NCBI GenBank assembly: GCA_965541585.1
Contig: CBEUCH010000003.1
Coordinates: 128,001 to 192,000, forward strand
Length of the DNA: 64,000 nt
Source: an uncultured bacterium
GTDB lineage: Bacteria; Zixibacteria; MSB-5A5; UBA10806
Direction of reading: 5' to 3'
Shown here: in pieces, positions 49,098-58,617 of the stretch
Layout of the letters: the number at the start of each line of letters is the position of its first letter
How positions within the stretch are numbered: position 1 is the stretch's first letter
The notes under the pieces: generated by a model
Told to the model about the DNA's origin: nothing
The model's database searches: none
What the model saw: the letters and a program-made list of their open reading frames with translations, nothing else
Position numbers and translations under genes: made by a program

Positions 49098-50177
49098 ATG
49101 AAGAAATTTCTCATTATCGGAGCGGTTATAGTCCTGCTGGCCGGGGTTGCCTACCTGGCATTTGGTTCCTCCAAGGAGGAGGAAAACGGCATAAAATTGG
49201 TGGAGGTTACGAAAGACACCATTGTAGACAAAGCCCTGGCTGTCGGCCAGCTGGAACCCCGACAGGAGATTCAGGTAAAATCAAAGATTTCGGGTATTGT
49301 CAAAACTCTTCATGTTGATATTGGCGACGACGTCAGGGCGGGCGATCGCTTAATCACAGTTTCACCTAATCCTACGCCCCTGGAGTATTCAGAGGCCAAG
49401 CGGAGGCTGGAATTGGCCGATGTTGACTTTGTCAACGCTCAGAAGATATTCAACCGGCAAAAGGAGCTTTTTGAAAAGGACCTTTCAAGCCAGCAGCAGT
49501 TCGATATCAACAAGGCCGAATTCGATAACGCCATGCTGAACAAACAGCTCGCCCAGGAGAGATTCGATCTGCTTCAAAAGGGGGTAACGGTAGACGGCAA
49601 AAACGAGAACACTATCATCTCGCCTATCGATGGCACGATTCTGGAGAAGCTGGTAAATGAGGGCGACCCGGTGGTCCCGTTAACTTCCTACCAGGCGGGA
49701 ACTCCCCTTTTGACTCTGGCCCCGATGGAGGAACTTGTCTTCAAGGGCACTGTGGACGAGATCGACGTGGGCAAACTCATATCGGGCATGAAGACCGATA
49801 TCAAAGTGGGGGCTCTTCCGGGCGAAGAAATAACTGGTATTCTGTCCAAAATTTCTCCCAAAGCCAAAAAGCAGGATAATACGACCCTCTTTGATATTGA
49901 AATCGAGGTTACGGACCAGGGTGAGAAAACCCTTCGCGCCGGTTATTCGGCCAATGCCGATATTATTATCAGCAAGAAGGACAGTATTCTGGTCATCCCC
50001 GAGCGTTTGGTTACCTTTGCAGAAGATACCGTCCGTGTTGAGGTGCAGGATTCCCTGGGCAATATCGAATTCAGGGATATAGAGGTCGGATTATCGGATG
50101 GTCTGAATATCGAGGTCGTCAGTGGCCTTGCCTTGGGTGAAAAAGTAGTGGAAAGGCCTCCCAAGGAGATCGAGTGA
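49098..50177 (+). CDS. MacA-like periplasmic adaptor subunit
   Basis: N-terminal TM. VKSKISGIV, IISPIDGTI, VDEIDVGKL and IEVGLSDG. Confidence 0.9.
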   Translation: MKKFLIIGAVIVLLAGVAYLAFGSSKEEENGIKLVEVTKDTIVDKALAVGQLEPRQEIQVKSKISGIVKTLHVDIGDDVRAGDRLITVSPNPTPLEYSEAKRRLELADVDFVNAQKIFNRQKELFEKDLSSQQQFDINKAEFDNAMLNKQLAQERFDLLQKGVTVDGKNENTIISPIDGTILEKLVNEGDPVVPLTSYQAGTPLLTLAPMEELVFKGTVDEIDVGKLISGMKTDIKVGALPGEEITGILSKISPKAKKQDNTTLFDIEIEVTDQGEKTLRAGYSANADIIISKKDSILVIPERLVTFAEDTVRVEVQDSLGNIEFRDIEVGLSDGLNIEVVSGLALGEKVVERPPKEIE

Positions 50178-50178
50178 T

Positions 50179-51411
50179 TTGAAGTTATTGATAATATTCA
50201 AGCAGTTTCTGCAGGACATCAGAAAGCAGAAACTGCGAACCTCTCTTACAACCTTTGGCATATTGTGGGGGACGGCTGCCACGATCATACTGGTTTCATT
50301 CGGGGAGGGTCTTCATCAATATCAGAAGAAGAGATTTCATGGTCTTGGCAACAGAATAACTATCGTTTGGCCGGGAACCACGTCGAAACCGTTCAAGGGG
50401 CTTCCCAAGAGCCGCACCATCCGCTTCACGGACGATGACGTCGATATGCTGAAAAGAGAGGTTCGCGGGATATCGCTGGCCTCTCCGGAATACAGCCGAA
50501 GCGCCCCGATAACATACGAGCGCAAGACGCTTTCGCAGAATTTGAAAGGCGTATATCCTGAGTGGGGCCTCATGCGCAATATCATTCCGGAGGCCGGTGG
50601 GAGATTCATAAATGAAATCGATCATCAATACCGTAAGAGGGTTGTTTTCCTGGGGACGAGGATCAGGGATAAACTGTTTGGCGAGGAAGTCAATCCGGTT
50701 GGCAAGCATGTGATTATTAAGGGAGTACCGTTTCTGGTCGTTGGTGTAATGAAGGATAAACAACAGAATTCGTCCTACAGCGGTCGTGACAGGCATAATA
50801 TGTTTGTTGCCTCCTCCACGTTCAAGACGATGTTCGACAGGCGGTACCCGAATAATATGGTATATCAGGTGCCCGAGGGGATCAGTTCGAGGGCGGTTTT
50901 AAAGAGAGTATTTGGAGTTTTGGGCCGGAAATACAAGTTCGATCCCGACGATGAAGAGGCGCTTAGTGTCTGGGATACAATCAAATCAGAAGAGGTCTGG
51001 CAACCGTTCTTCGAGGGTTTTAAACTTTTCCTGGGAATTATAGGTGTGTTTACTCTGATAGTGGGGGGAATTGGCACGGCGAATATCATGTATGTTGTTG
51101 TCAAGGAACGAACCAAAGAAATAGGAATTAAGATGGCGCTGGGCGCGACACGCGCCCATATAATGGGGCAGATAATATTTGAATCAATATTGATTACCGC
51201 TGTAGGAGGGTCGTGCGGATTTCTTGTGGCAAAGCTTTTCGAAAAGGGATTTCCTCAGATCGGCCTGACAGAATACGTGGGCGATCCGATAATCGCCGCC
51301 GAGGCCGTGATCGCGACAATCGGAATAATCGGCACTATCGGCTTTTTAGCCGGCTTTTTCCCGGCCCGGAGGGCGTCGAGGCTAAATCCCGTGGAGGCTT
51401 TGAGGCTTTAG
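50179..51411 (+). CDS. MacB/FtsX-family ABC permease
   Basis: GGIGTANIMYVVVKERTKEIGIKMALGA and PARRASRLNPVEALR. Confidence 0.93.
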   Translation: MKLLIIFKQFLQDIRKQKLRTSLTTFGILWGTAATIILVSFGEGLHQYQKKRFHGLGNRITIVWPGTTSKPFKGLPKSRTIRFTDDDVDMLKREVRGISLASPEYSRSAPITYERKTLSQNLKGVYPEWGLMRNIIPEAGGRFINEIDHQYRKRVVFLGTRIRDKLFGEEVNPVGKHVIIKGVPFLVVGVMKDKQQNSSYSGRDRHNMFVASSTFKTMFDRRYPNNMVYQVPEGISSRAVLKRVFGVLGRKYKFDPDDEEALSVWDTIKSEEVWQPFFEGFKLFLGIIGVFTLIVGGIGTANIMYVVVKERTKEIGIKMALGATRAHIMGQIIFESILITAVGGSCGFLVAKLFEKGFPQIGLTEYVGDPIIAAEAVIATIGIIGTIGFLAGFFPARRASRLNPVEALRL

Positions 51412-51412
51412 T

Positions 51413-52681
51413 ATGAGGATTCTAACCTACAAGCTGCTTTTATTCCTGAAGCTCATCGGGCGGGAATTTAAAGCTCAAAAACTCAGGATGGGCTTGACGA
51501 TCCTGGCTATCACCTGGGGTACGATTTCCATTACACTCCTGATGGCCTTCAGCGTCGGTCTGGATCAGCAGTTTGCCAAGGCGAGGCAAGGACTTGGCGA
51601 TGGCATAGTAATAGTCTGGGGCGGGCAAACGTCATTGCCCTATCAGGGGCTGCCCCAGGGCAGGAGAATTAGTTTCCGAACCGAATCGGGGATCATAGAT
51701 TTGATCAAATCCCGGGTTGTCGGTATTGATATGGTGGCCGGCGAGTTTTTGAGATGGGGGCAGACCCTGGAATATGGAAAAAAACAGATCAATAAACTCG
51801 TATGTGGTACATATCCGGAATATGAAGTTATGCGAGCCCACTACGCAAAAGCGGGTGGTCGATTTATTAACAAAAAAGATATGGATCTTAAAAGGCGGGT
51901 CATCTATCTGGGAACCAAGGTGGCTGAGGAGCTTTTCGACGAGGGTGTAAATCCGGTGGGCGAGATGGTTAAGATCAACAGCATACCTTTTACAGTAATC
52001 GGGGTGATGATAGATAAATTGCAGGATTCCAACTACCATGGTCCGGACGACAATTACGTTGTGATTCCAGCCTCCACATTCTTGCTATTTTATGGCGACC
52101 CGTTTTTCGACAATCTGGTTTATAAGGTTGAAGACGGAATCGACTCGAAGGTTGTGGAGAAAGACTTATTCCGGGTACTGGGCGCGAAATACAGATTCGA
52201 TCCGGAGGATGAGAGTGCGTTATGGATATGGGATACCGTTGAGGGGGAGAAAATCTCAAGAAAAGTGTTTCTGGGGATTACTATTTTCATGTGGTTTATC
52301 GGTGGCATGACTCTCCTCATCGCCGGAATCGGTGTGGCGAATATCATGTATGTTGCGGTTCGCGAAAGAACAAAGGAAATAGGCACCAAGATAGCTTTGG
52401 GGGCCGAGAGAAGGCATATCATTTTCCAGTTTATGACCGAAGCGCTTTCAATCGCGTTCGTCGGGGGTATTGTCGGAATAGGGTTCAGCGTGGCAATATG
52501 CGCGCTATTTAGATTATTGCCTATGGAAGGCGCCCTTGAATTCATGGGTAAGCCGACCGTGAACTGGATTGTAGCCTTCACCACTGTCTTTACTTTATCA
52601 TTTATCGGGCTGTTTGCCGGCCTGTTTCCTGCCCGGAAAGCGGCGTCCATTAACCCTGTAGAAGCATTGAGGTATGAATAA
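51413..52681 (+). CDS. MacB/FtsX-family ABC permease (paralog)
   Basis: GIGVANIMYVAVRERTKEIG and PARKAASINPVEALRYE. Confidence 0.93.
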   Translation: MRILTYKLLLFLKLIGREFKAQKLRMGLTILAITWGTISITLLMAFSVGLDQQFAKARQGLGDGIVIVWGGQTSLPYQGLPQGRRISFRTESGIIDLIKSRVVGIDMVAGEFLRWGQTLEYGKKQINKLVCGTYPEYEVMRAHYAKAGGRFINKKDMDLKRRVIYLGTKVAEELFDEGVNPVGEMVKINSIPFTVIGVMIDKLQDSNYHGPDDNYVVIPASTFLLFYGDPFFDNLVYKVEDGIDSKVVEKDLFRVLGAKYRFDPEDESALWIWDTVEGEKISRKVFLGITIFMWFIGGMTLLIAGIGVANIMYVAVRERTKEIGTKIALGAERRHIIFQFMTEALSIAFVGGIVGIGFSVAICALFRLLPMEGALEFMGKPTVNWIVAFTTVFTLSFIGLFAGLFPARKAASINPVEALRYE

Positions 52682-53377
52682 ATGAATAACGGAACACTTG
52701 CATCACTCTCGGGAATCACCAAGGTCTATCGAACCGGCAAGGTGGAGGTCAGGGCCTTAGGTGGTGTAGATCTCGATATAAAAAGAGGCGAGTTTGTTGC
52801 CATCATCGGACCATCCGGCTCGGGCAAATCGACCCTTATGAACATCATAGGATGCCTTGATACTCCTACATCCGGCACTTATGTTCTGGACGGCCAGCCG
52901 GTGGCGGATATGGGGATTCACGAATTGGCCTCCATCAGGAATAAAAAGATAGGTTTCATTTTCCAGAATTTCAACTTGCTGGCCTATGCCACCGCTTATG
53001 AAAATGTCGAGTTGCCATTGATTTTTGCGGGAGCTCCGGGTCCGGTTCGCAAAGAAAAAGTTATGCACAGTCTATCGGTGGTGGGGCTGGCCGATAGAGC
53101 GGAACACAAGCCCACGGAATTATCGGGCGGTGAAATGCAGCGGGTTGCCATCGCCAGGGCGCTGGCCAACGATCCGGAAGTCATACTTGCCGATGAACCC
53201 ACTGGAAATCTCGATACCAAATCCGGCCAGGAGATCATCTCAATATTCGAGAGGCTGAATTCAATGGGCAGATCGGTGGTTACAATCACCCATGATATGA
53301 CCATCGCCAGTCGATGTCATAGAATCGTGCGTATCAGGGATGGTCTTATCGAATCGAATAAAGAAAACGGCGAATAG
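52682..53377 (+). CDS. ABC transporter ATP-binding protein (MacB/LolD-like)
   Basis: GPSGSGKST, LSGGEMQRVAIARAL and ILADEPTGNLD. Confidence 0.95.
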   Translation: MNNGTLASLSGITKVYRTGKVEVRALGGVDLDIKRGEFVAIIGPSGSGKSTLMNIIGCLDTPTSGTYVLDGQPVADMGIHELASIRNKKIGFIFQNFNLLAYATAYENVELPLIFAGAPGPVRKEKVMHSLSVVGLADRAEHKPTELSGGEMQRVAIARALANDPEVILADEPTGNLDTKSGQEIISIFERLNSMGRSVVTITHDMTIASRCHRIVRIRDGLIESNKENGE

Positions 53378-53526
53378 ACGGATTTAAACGATAGTTGATA
53401 TTTCTTTTCGTGCAGGATGAAAACTCAACATAAAAGACTGTTTCGGTTTGCATATTAACTGATTGTAATATATGATGATAACGTGACCATATTTGCTGCA
53501 ATATCTACTATTGAGAGGATTCTCAG

Positions 53527-53958
53527 ATGGTTCTAACATTCCTGACTAAATACCGGGATGCCGGATTGCTGACACTTCGAGTTGGACTCGGCATAATGTA
53601 TATGTTTCATGGCGCTCCGAAAATGTTCGGCGGGCCGGAGAGGTGGGGAAAGCTGGGAATGGCCATGGGCAATTTCGGGATCGATTTTCTCCCGGCATTC
53701 TGGGGATTCATGGCCGCATTTTCTGAGTTTTTTGGAGGCATTCTCTTGATATTGGGGCTGTTCTTTCGACCCGCATGTATATTGTTGACTATCACCATGA
53801 TTGTAGCGGCGGGTTTCCATGTAGGGAGGGGCGACGGTCTAATGGGAGCCTCGCATGCTATCGAGAACGGTATAGTATTATTAAGCTTGATACTCATCGG
53901 ACCCGGCAAAGTCAGTCTGGATAAATGGCTTAGTCGGGACAGCGATAATAATACATAG
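53527..53958 (+). CDS. DoxX-family membrane protein
   Basis: LRVGLG..MFHGAPK, EFFGG and GPGKVSLD. Confidence 0.9.
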   Translation: MVLTFLTKYRDAGLLTLRVGLGIMYMFHGAPKMFGGPERWGKLGMAMGNFGIDFLPAFWGFMAAFSEFFGGILLILGLFFRPACILLTITMIVAAGFHVGRGDGLMGASHAIENGIVLLSLILIGPGKVSLDKWLSRDSDNNT

Positions 53959-54084
53959 AATAGTATTTATAGATATCCCGGTATCCCGCCTTTTGCGAGC
54001 GGCTGTTTGTATAATTTAAAATCCTTGCTTAATCTCCATTTCCCGATATCTTGAAATCAGGGATAGTATTCACCCGGAATAGAT

Positions 54085-56805
54085 ATGAAAAAGCACTCGA
54101 AAGCTGACAGCGGGATAGAAGGAAAGGCCGGGGCGTCCGAGAAATCCTCGGCGAAACTCCATCAAGCCGAAAAAGAGCTGCAATACCGCCTCGAATTTGC
54201 CAAACTGATATCATCAGTTTCCGCAAAGCTCGTCGGTTTCAAGCCCCAACAATTTAAGCGTGTGACCGATTGGGTTTTGAAAAAGATCGGTGAATTCGCG
54301 GGGGTGGATAGATGCTATATCGTTTTGTTCTCCGAGGGAAGGGCCAACCCACAGGATATCCACGTTTGGCGCGCAAGCGGCGTAGCAAAGATCCATATAG
54401 ATGAGCAGGGGTTTTCATTTGACTCGTTTCCGTGGGCTATGGGGAAACTAAAGAAACTCGAGCATATCCGGATTTTGAACAAACAGGATCTTCCCTCAAG
54501 CGCAAAAGCCGAGAGAGATGTATTTGAACGTTTCGGCGTCGATTCACTGCTGGTGATACCGGTCGCCTGTGAGAGCAGACTTATAGGCTGCCTGGGCTTC
54601 ACCTCGCGACATGATAAAAGAATGTGGGACGATGATATCATCGCGCTTTTAAGAATGCTGGGAGAATCGTTTGCCAATGCTTACGAGAGAAAAAAAATTG
54701 AAGAAGATCTGAGGGAAAGCGAGGAAAAATTCAAAAGAATTGTCGAGCGGAATTTCGATATGATATTCACTGCTGATTTACAGGGAAGACTCACGTATGC
54801 CTCGCCATCGGTCGAGAGAGTGCTCGGCTATCACGCGGATGAGATGATTGGAAAACTCACAACGGATTTCGCCTCCGAGATCGAAATCCCCGGGGTTATT
54901 CAATCTTTCAAGGATATAGCAAAGGGAAAAGAGGTTGAAGGTCAACAGCTATCGCTTGTTAGAAAGAATGGTACTATTGCACACATTGAGCTTAACAGTT
55001 CTCCTATTTACAGGGATGGAAAAATCGTCGGGGCTACAGCTATAGGCAGAGATATCACCGAGCGCAAACTGGCTGAGGAAGCTCTGCGCGAAAGCGAGGA
55101 GAAATTCCGCAACCTTGCTGAATATTCTCTTCAAGGGATCATTATCTCGCGAGATGGCAAGAATCTTTACGCTAACAGAAGCCTGGCAGAGATTCTGGAG
55201 ACTACCGTGGAGGATATACTGGAAACTCCCACGAGAGAATTGTTAAGTAAACTTGTAGATCCTTCCTTTGAGAGTATGGTAACTGCCTTGTTCAAGTCCC
55301 GCCAGAAGGGGATCAGCGTTCCTCCTCGCTACGAAATCAAAATTAGGTCTTGCAAGGGCAGCGAGCGCTGGGTGGAAATTTTCGTGACCAGTATCACGCA
55401 TAGGGATGAATTGGCTCAATATGCCGTAATTGTCGACATCACAAAACGCAAGCAAGCACAAGAGGCTCTGCGCGAAAGCGAAGAAAAATACCGTCTGCTG
55501 ATCGAAAATGCAGGGGAAGCAATATTTTCGGTGGACTATGACGGTGTTTTTCTGGTGATGAATAAAATGGCGGCGCGATACTTGGACGGAGAACCCGAGG
55601 GATTTATTGGCAAAACCATGTGGGATATTTTCCCCGAGGGAATCTCAGATAGACAGTTAGACTCGATCAGACAAACGATCAGGTATAATAGGAGCCAGGT
55701 AAAAGAGGAAATGACCCTGGTCAAAGGAAAAGAAAGATGGTTCAGAACGAGCATACATCCCATTTATGATTCAAACGGCCAGGCGAATGCCGCCCAGCTG
55801 ATCGCCCATGATATTACTAAAGAGCGCCAGATAGATATCCGTAATGCTGCGAGAATGAGACTCCTGGATAATCTCAGGAATGCGAAGGACATCGACCAAT
55901 GCCTGAAATACGGCTGTGAAGCTCTTGACGACGCGCGGCTATTCAAGCGGGCCGTTCTTACATTGAACGATCAGGATCGGCGGATTACGCATCTCGGACA
56001 GTTCGGACTGGAAGACAATCTCGTCTCTGATGCGAAAAACTCTCCCCCTCTTGGAAAAGAAGTCGTTAAGAAAATCGTCCGGGGAAAATACAAAATCAGC
56101 CACTCATTTTTTGTTCCTGTGGAAAATGGTGTAAATCTAGAAAAATCAGGCAGATACATACGGCAGAAGAAACGCAAAGCCAGTGACGATTCGTTTTGGC
56201 AGGCGGGAGATGAACTCTTTGTACCTATGCTGGGCAATGACGGTAAGTTTGAAGGCTGGCTTTCGGTCGACACACCATTTGATGGAGAAAGACCGTCATC
56301 CTATACAGTGAGATTTCTGGAAGAAGTAGTCGATATCGTCACCCAGCAGATACAGGAAATCCAGAGTCGGGAAAAACTGGATCTGGAACGACAGGCCCTT
56401 AAGGAAAAAAACATCGCTCTTAATGAAGTTCTGGCGTATATCGAAGAAGAGAAAATGGAAATTAAACGGCGGATAACTGAGAGCATTGATAATATCCTTC
56501 TCCCGATCCTGAGCAAGCTTGCAGATGAAAGCAAAGTCATTGATCCAGCATATGTAGATCTTCTTAAGAGTGGTCTTATCGACCTTGCTTCTCCGTCCGG
56601 AGGATCTCAGCACGTCTATTCGAAGCTATCTTCCAGGGAAAAGGAGATCTGTATCATGATAGGGGATTTTGCGACGAATAAGGACATTGCGAAAGCCCTT
56701 AAGATCAGGGTAAATACGGTTCGGAAACATCGTGAGGCGATTAGACGTAAACTTGGCCTGACTAACAGGAAGATTAATCTTGCAGCTTATCTGAATAGCG
56801 GTTAA
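54085..56805 (+). CDS. GAF + 3xPAS + GAF-like + LuxR-HTH one-component regulator
   Basis: GAF (VDRCYIVLF...SLLVIPV). Three (L/A)RESEEK(F/Y) linkers with PAS domains ending in DIT. C-terminal LSSREKEIC...NKDIAKALKIRVNTVRKHREAIRRKLG. Confidence 0.9.
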   Translation: MKKHSKADSGIEGKAGASEKSSAKLHQAEKELQYRLEFAKLISSVSAKLVGFKPQQFKRVTDWVLKKIGEFAGVDRCYIVLFSEGRANPQDIHVWRASGVAKIHIDEQGFSFDSFPWAMGKLKKLEHIRILNKQDLPSSAKAERDVFERFGVDSLLVIPVACESRLIGCLGFTSRHDKRMWDDDIIALLRMLGESFANAYERKKIEEDLRESEEKFKRIVERNFDMIFTADLQGRLTYASPSVERVLGYHADEMIGKLTTDFASEIEIPGVIQSFKDIAKGKEVEGQQLSLVRKNGTIAHIELNSSPIYRDGKIVGATAIGRDITERKLAEEALRESEEKFRNLAEYSLQGIIISRDGKNLYANRSLAEILETTVEDILETPTRELLSKLVDPSFESMVTALFKSRQKGISVPPRYEIKIRSCKGSERWVEIFVTSITHRDELAQYAVIVDITKRKQAQEALRESEEKYRLLIENAGEAIFSVDYDGVFLVMNKMAARYLDGEPEGFIGKTMWDIFPEGISDRQLDSIRQTIRYNRSQVKEEMTLVKGKERWFRTSIHPIYDSNGQANAAQLIAHDITKERQIDIRNAARMRLLDNLRNAKDIDQCLKYGCEALDDARLFKRAVLTLNDQDRRITHLGQFGLEDNLVSDAKNSPPLGKEVVKKIVRGKYKISHSFFVPVENGVNLEKSGRYIRQKKRKASDDSFWQAGDELFVPMLGNDGKFEGWLSVDTPFDGERPSSYTVRFLEEVVDIVTQQIQEIQSREKLDLERQALKEKNIALNEVLAYIEEEKMEIKRRITESIDNILLPILSKLADESKVIDPAYVDLLKSGLIDLASPSGGSQHVYSKLSSREKEICIMIGDFATNKDIAKALKIRVNTVRKHREAIRRKLGLTNRKINLAAYLNSG

Positions 56806-56875
56806 TGCGTATATCTATATACGCATTTATTACGTATTTAATTAGTATTGACAAATAACTGTAAATCCCTATAAT
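56804..56875 (+). promoter_or_regulatory. Palindromic operator candidate plus consensus sigma-70 promoter
   Basis: AATGCGTATAT-CT-ATATACGCATT (56804-56827). TTGACA (56848)-N16-TATAAT (56870). Confidence 0.7.
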
Positions 56876-56881
56876 TGTTTT

Positions 56882-57011
56882 GGGTGAGTTAAAAGATCCT
56901 CCTTTACGAGGAAATCGGAGAAATCAGGCCCAAAGGGAAGCAATTCCCGGGGGGAAGAAACCGGGCCGTGAGCCGGGTCATCTTTGCTTCGCAGATGACC
57001 CGGCATTTTTT
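56882..57011 (+). ncRNA. Candidate structured small RNA or attenuator leader (~130 nt)
   Basis: Lies between the consensus promoter and a 12-bp terminator (56972-57004, T6). Internal hairpins include GGGAA-GCAA-TTCCC. No credible ORF. Confidence 0.5.
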
Positions 57012-57171
57012 ATCAAAACTGTCATCCGTGGCTCTTGGCTCCCCGGATGTGAACCTGATTTAGCCCTCTTCTTTTTGGCATAGACTTCTATCCTCCGTGG
57101 CCCCATTAATCGCTTGAATTTAAATCCGATAAGATATATCATCCACGAAATTTATAGGAGAGGTGCGGCAG

Positions 57172-58566
57172 ATGACAAAAAAAAGGATAATTCTAATAGC
57201 GCTCATTTTCATAATACCTATCATGTTGATAACTTCTTCGGGAGCTAATCAAAATGTCAGTATACATGATTCTGCGGATTCTGCTGACGGCCAGTTACAG
57301 TCTGCCGAGAGTATATCTGAAACTGCTCCGGGCGAGGAGGAGGGCGGGGTTGGCCCGATTTTGTTTTCTCTGATCATAATCCTTCTGGCCGCCAAATTCG
57401 GCGGTGACCTGGTCGAACGAATGAAACAGCCTGCCGTCTTGGGCGAATTGATTTTCGGGATGATCATAGGGAACCTCGCGCTTCTGGGAATACACGTATT
57501 CGAGCCTCTCAAGCATCATATTACGATAGAAATTCTAGCCGAGATCGGAGTCATCATCTTGCTTTTCGAGGTCGGTCTGGAATCGAGTTTAAAGGAGATG
57601 CTCTCTGTAGGACTGACGTCATTCTTTGTAGCTTTGATTGGAGTTGTAATTCCTTTTCTGCTGGGTTGGGGCGTTTCGGCCATGTTTTTCCCGGCGGAGT
57701 CAATTTTTGTTCACATATTTATTGGGGCTACTCTGACCGCAACGTCTGTGGGCATTACGGCCAGAGTCTTGAAAGACATACACAAAATCCGAACGCGGGA
57801 AGCAAAGATCGTCCTCGGTGCGGCAGTCATCGATGATATACTCGGCCTGGTGGTGCTGGCGGTTGTAGTTGGTGTAATCGGAGCTCATAATACCGGCGGA
57901 AGCCTGTCGTCGCTGAGGATTCTCTGGATTGTGGCAAAGGCGTTTTTGTTTATTTTCGGCGCGCTTGTAATTGGCACGCTGCTGGCGCCGCATTTTTTTA
58001 GGATGGCCTCGAAATTGAGAGCCCAGTCGATACTGATCACGTTTTCCCTGATGTTTTGCTTCGTCTTCGCCCTGGCCGCCGACAGGATGGGTTTGGCGCC
58101 CATCGTTGGCGCCTTTGCAGCCGGAATGATACTTTCAGGCATTAACTTTGAAGACATATTCCTTCATGAGCAAAGAAAACTGGAGGATCTGCTTCAGCCG
58201 ATTTCAGCATTTCTGGTGCCGATTTTCTTTGTCTATATGGGGATGAACGTCGATCTGTCTACTTTCGGGAATTATCAGGTGATTTCCTTCGCGTTGGTTC
58301 TTACCCTGGCAGCAATTATCGGCAAGCAAATATGCTCGCTGGCGGGGATTTTCGAGAAAAAGATCAACTCATGGGTCATCGGGGTCGGAATGATCCCCAG
58401 AGGGGAGGTCGGCCTGATCTTCGCCGGCATAGGCGCCAAACTGTATGTCGACGGCGCCAGGGTGGTCAGCCCGGACATCTATTCGGCTGTTATTATTATG
58501 GTTATGATCACAACTCTGGTGACTCCCCCTATTCTGAAACTATTGTTTGTTGACAAAGCCTCTTAG
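57172..58566 (+). CDS. Cation:proton antiporter (CPA2, NapA-like)
   Basis: QPAVLGEL, LLFEVGLE, TATSVGITARVL, AAVIDDILGL and GMIPRGEVGL. Confidence 0.93.
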   Translation: MTKKRIILIALIFIIPIMLITSSGANQNVSIHDSADSADGQLQSAESISETAPGEEEGGVGPILFSLIIILLAAKFGGDLVERMKQPAVLGELIFGMIIGNLALLGIHVFEPLKHHITIEILAEIGVIILLFEVGLESSLKEMLSVGLTSFFVALIGVVIPFLLGWGVSAMFFPAESIFVHIFIGATLTATSVGITARVLKDIHKIRTREAKIVLGAAVIDDILGLVVLAVVVGVIGAHNTGGSLSSLRILWIVAKAFLFIFGALVIGTLLAPHFFRMASKLRAQSILITFSLMFCFVFALAADRMGLAPIVGAFAAGMILSGINFEDIFLHEQRKLEDLLQPISAFLVPIFFVYMGMNVDLSTFGNYQVISFALVLTLAAIIGKQICSLAGIFEKKINSWVIGVGMIPRGEVGLIFAGIGAKLYVDGARVVSPDIYSAVIIMVMITTLVTPPILKLLFVDKAS

Positions 58567-58617
58567 GTTTCATTTCTCAGGCTGAGTGTCGATATATTAT
58601 TTGGAAGGAATTGGTAT

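Noticed and set aside
56880..57083. 67-aa ORF after the LuxR regulator
   Set aside because: Its TTG start coincides with the predicted TSS, it has no RBS and it runs through a strong terminator.
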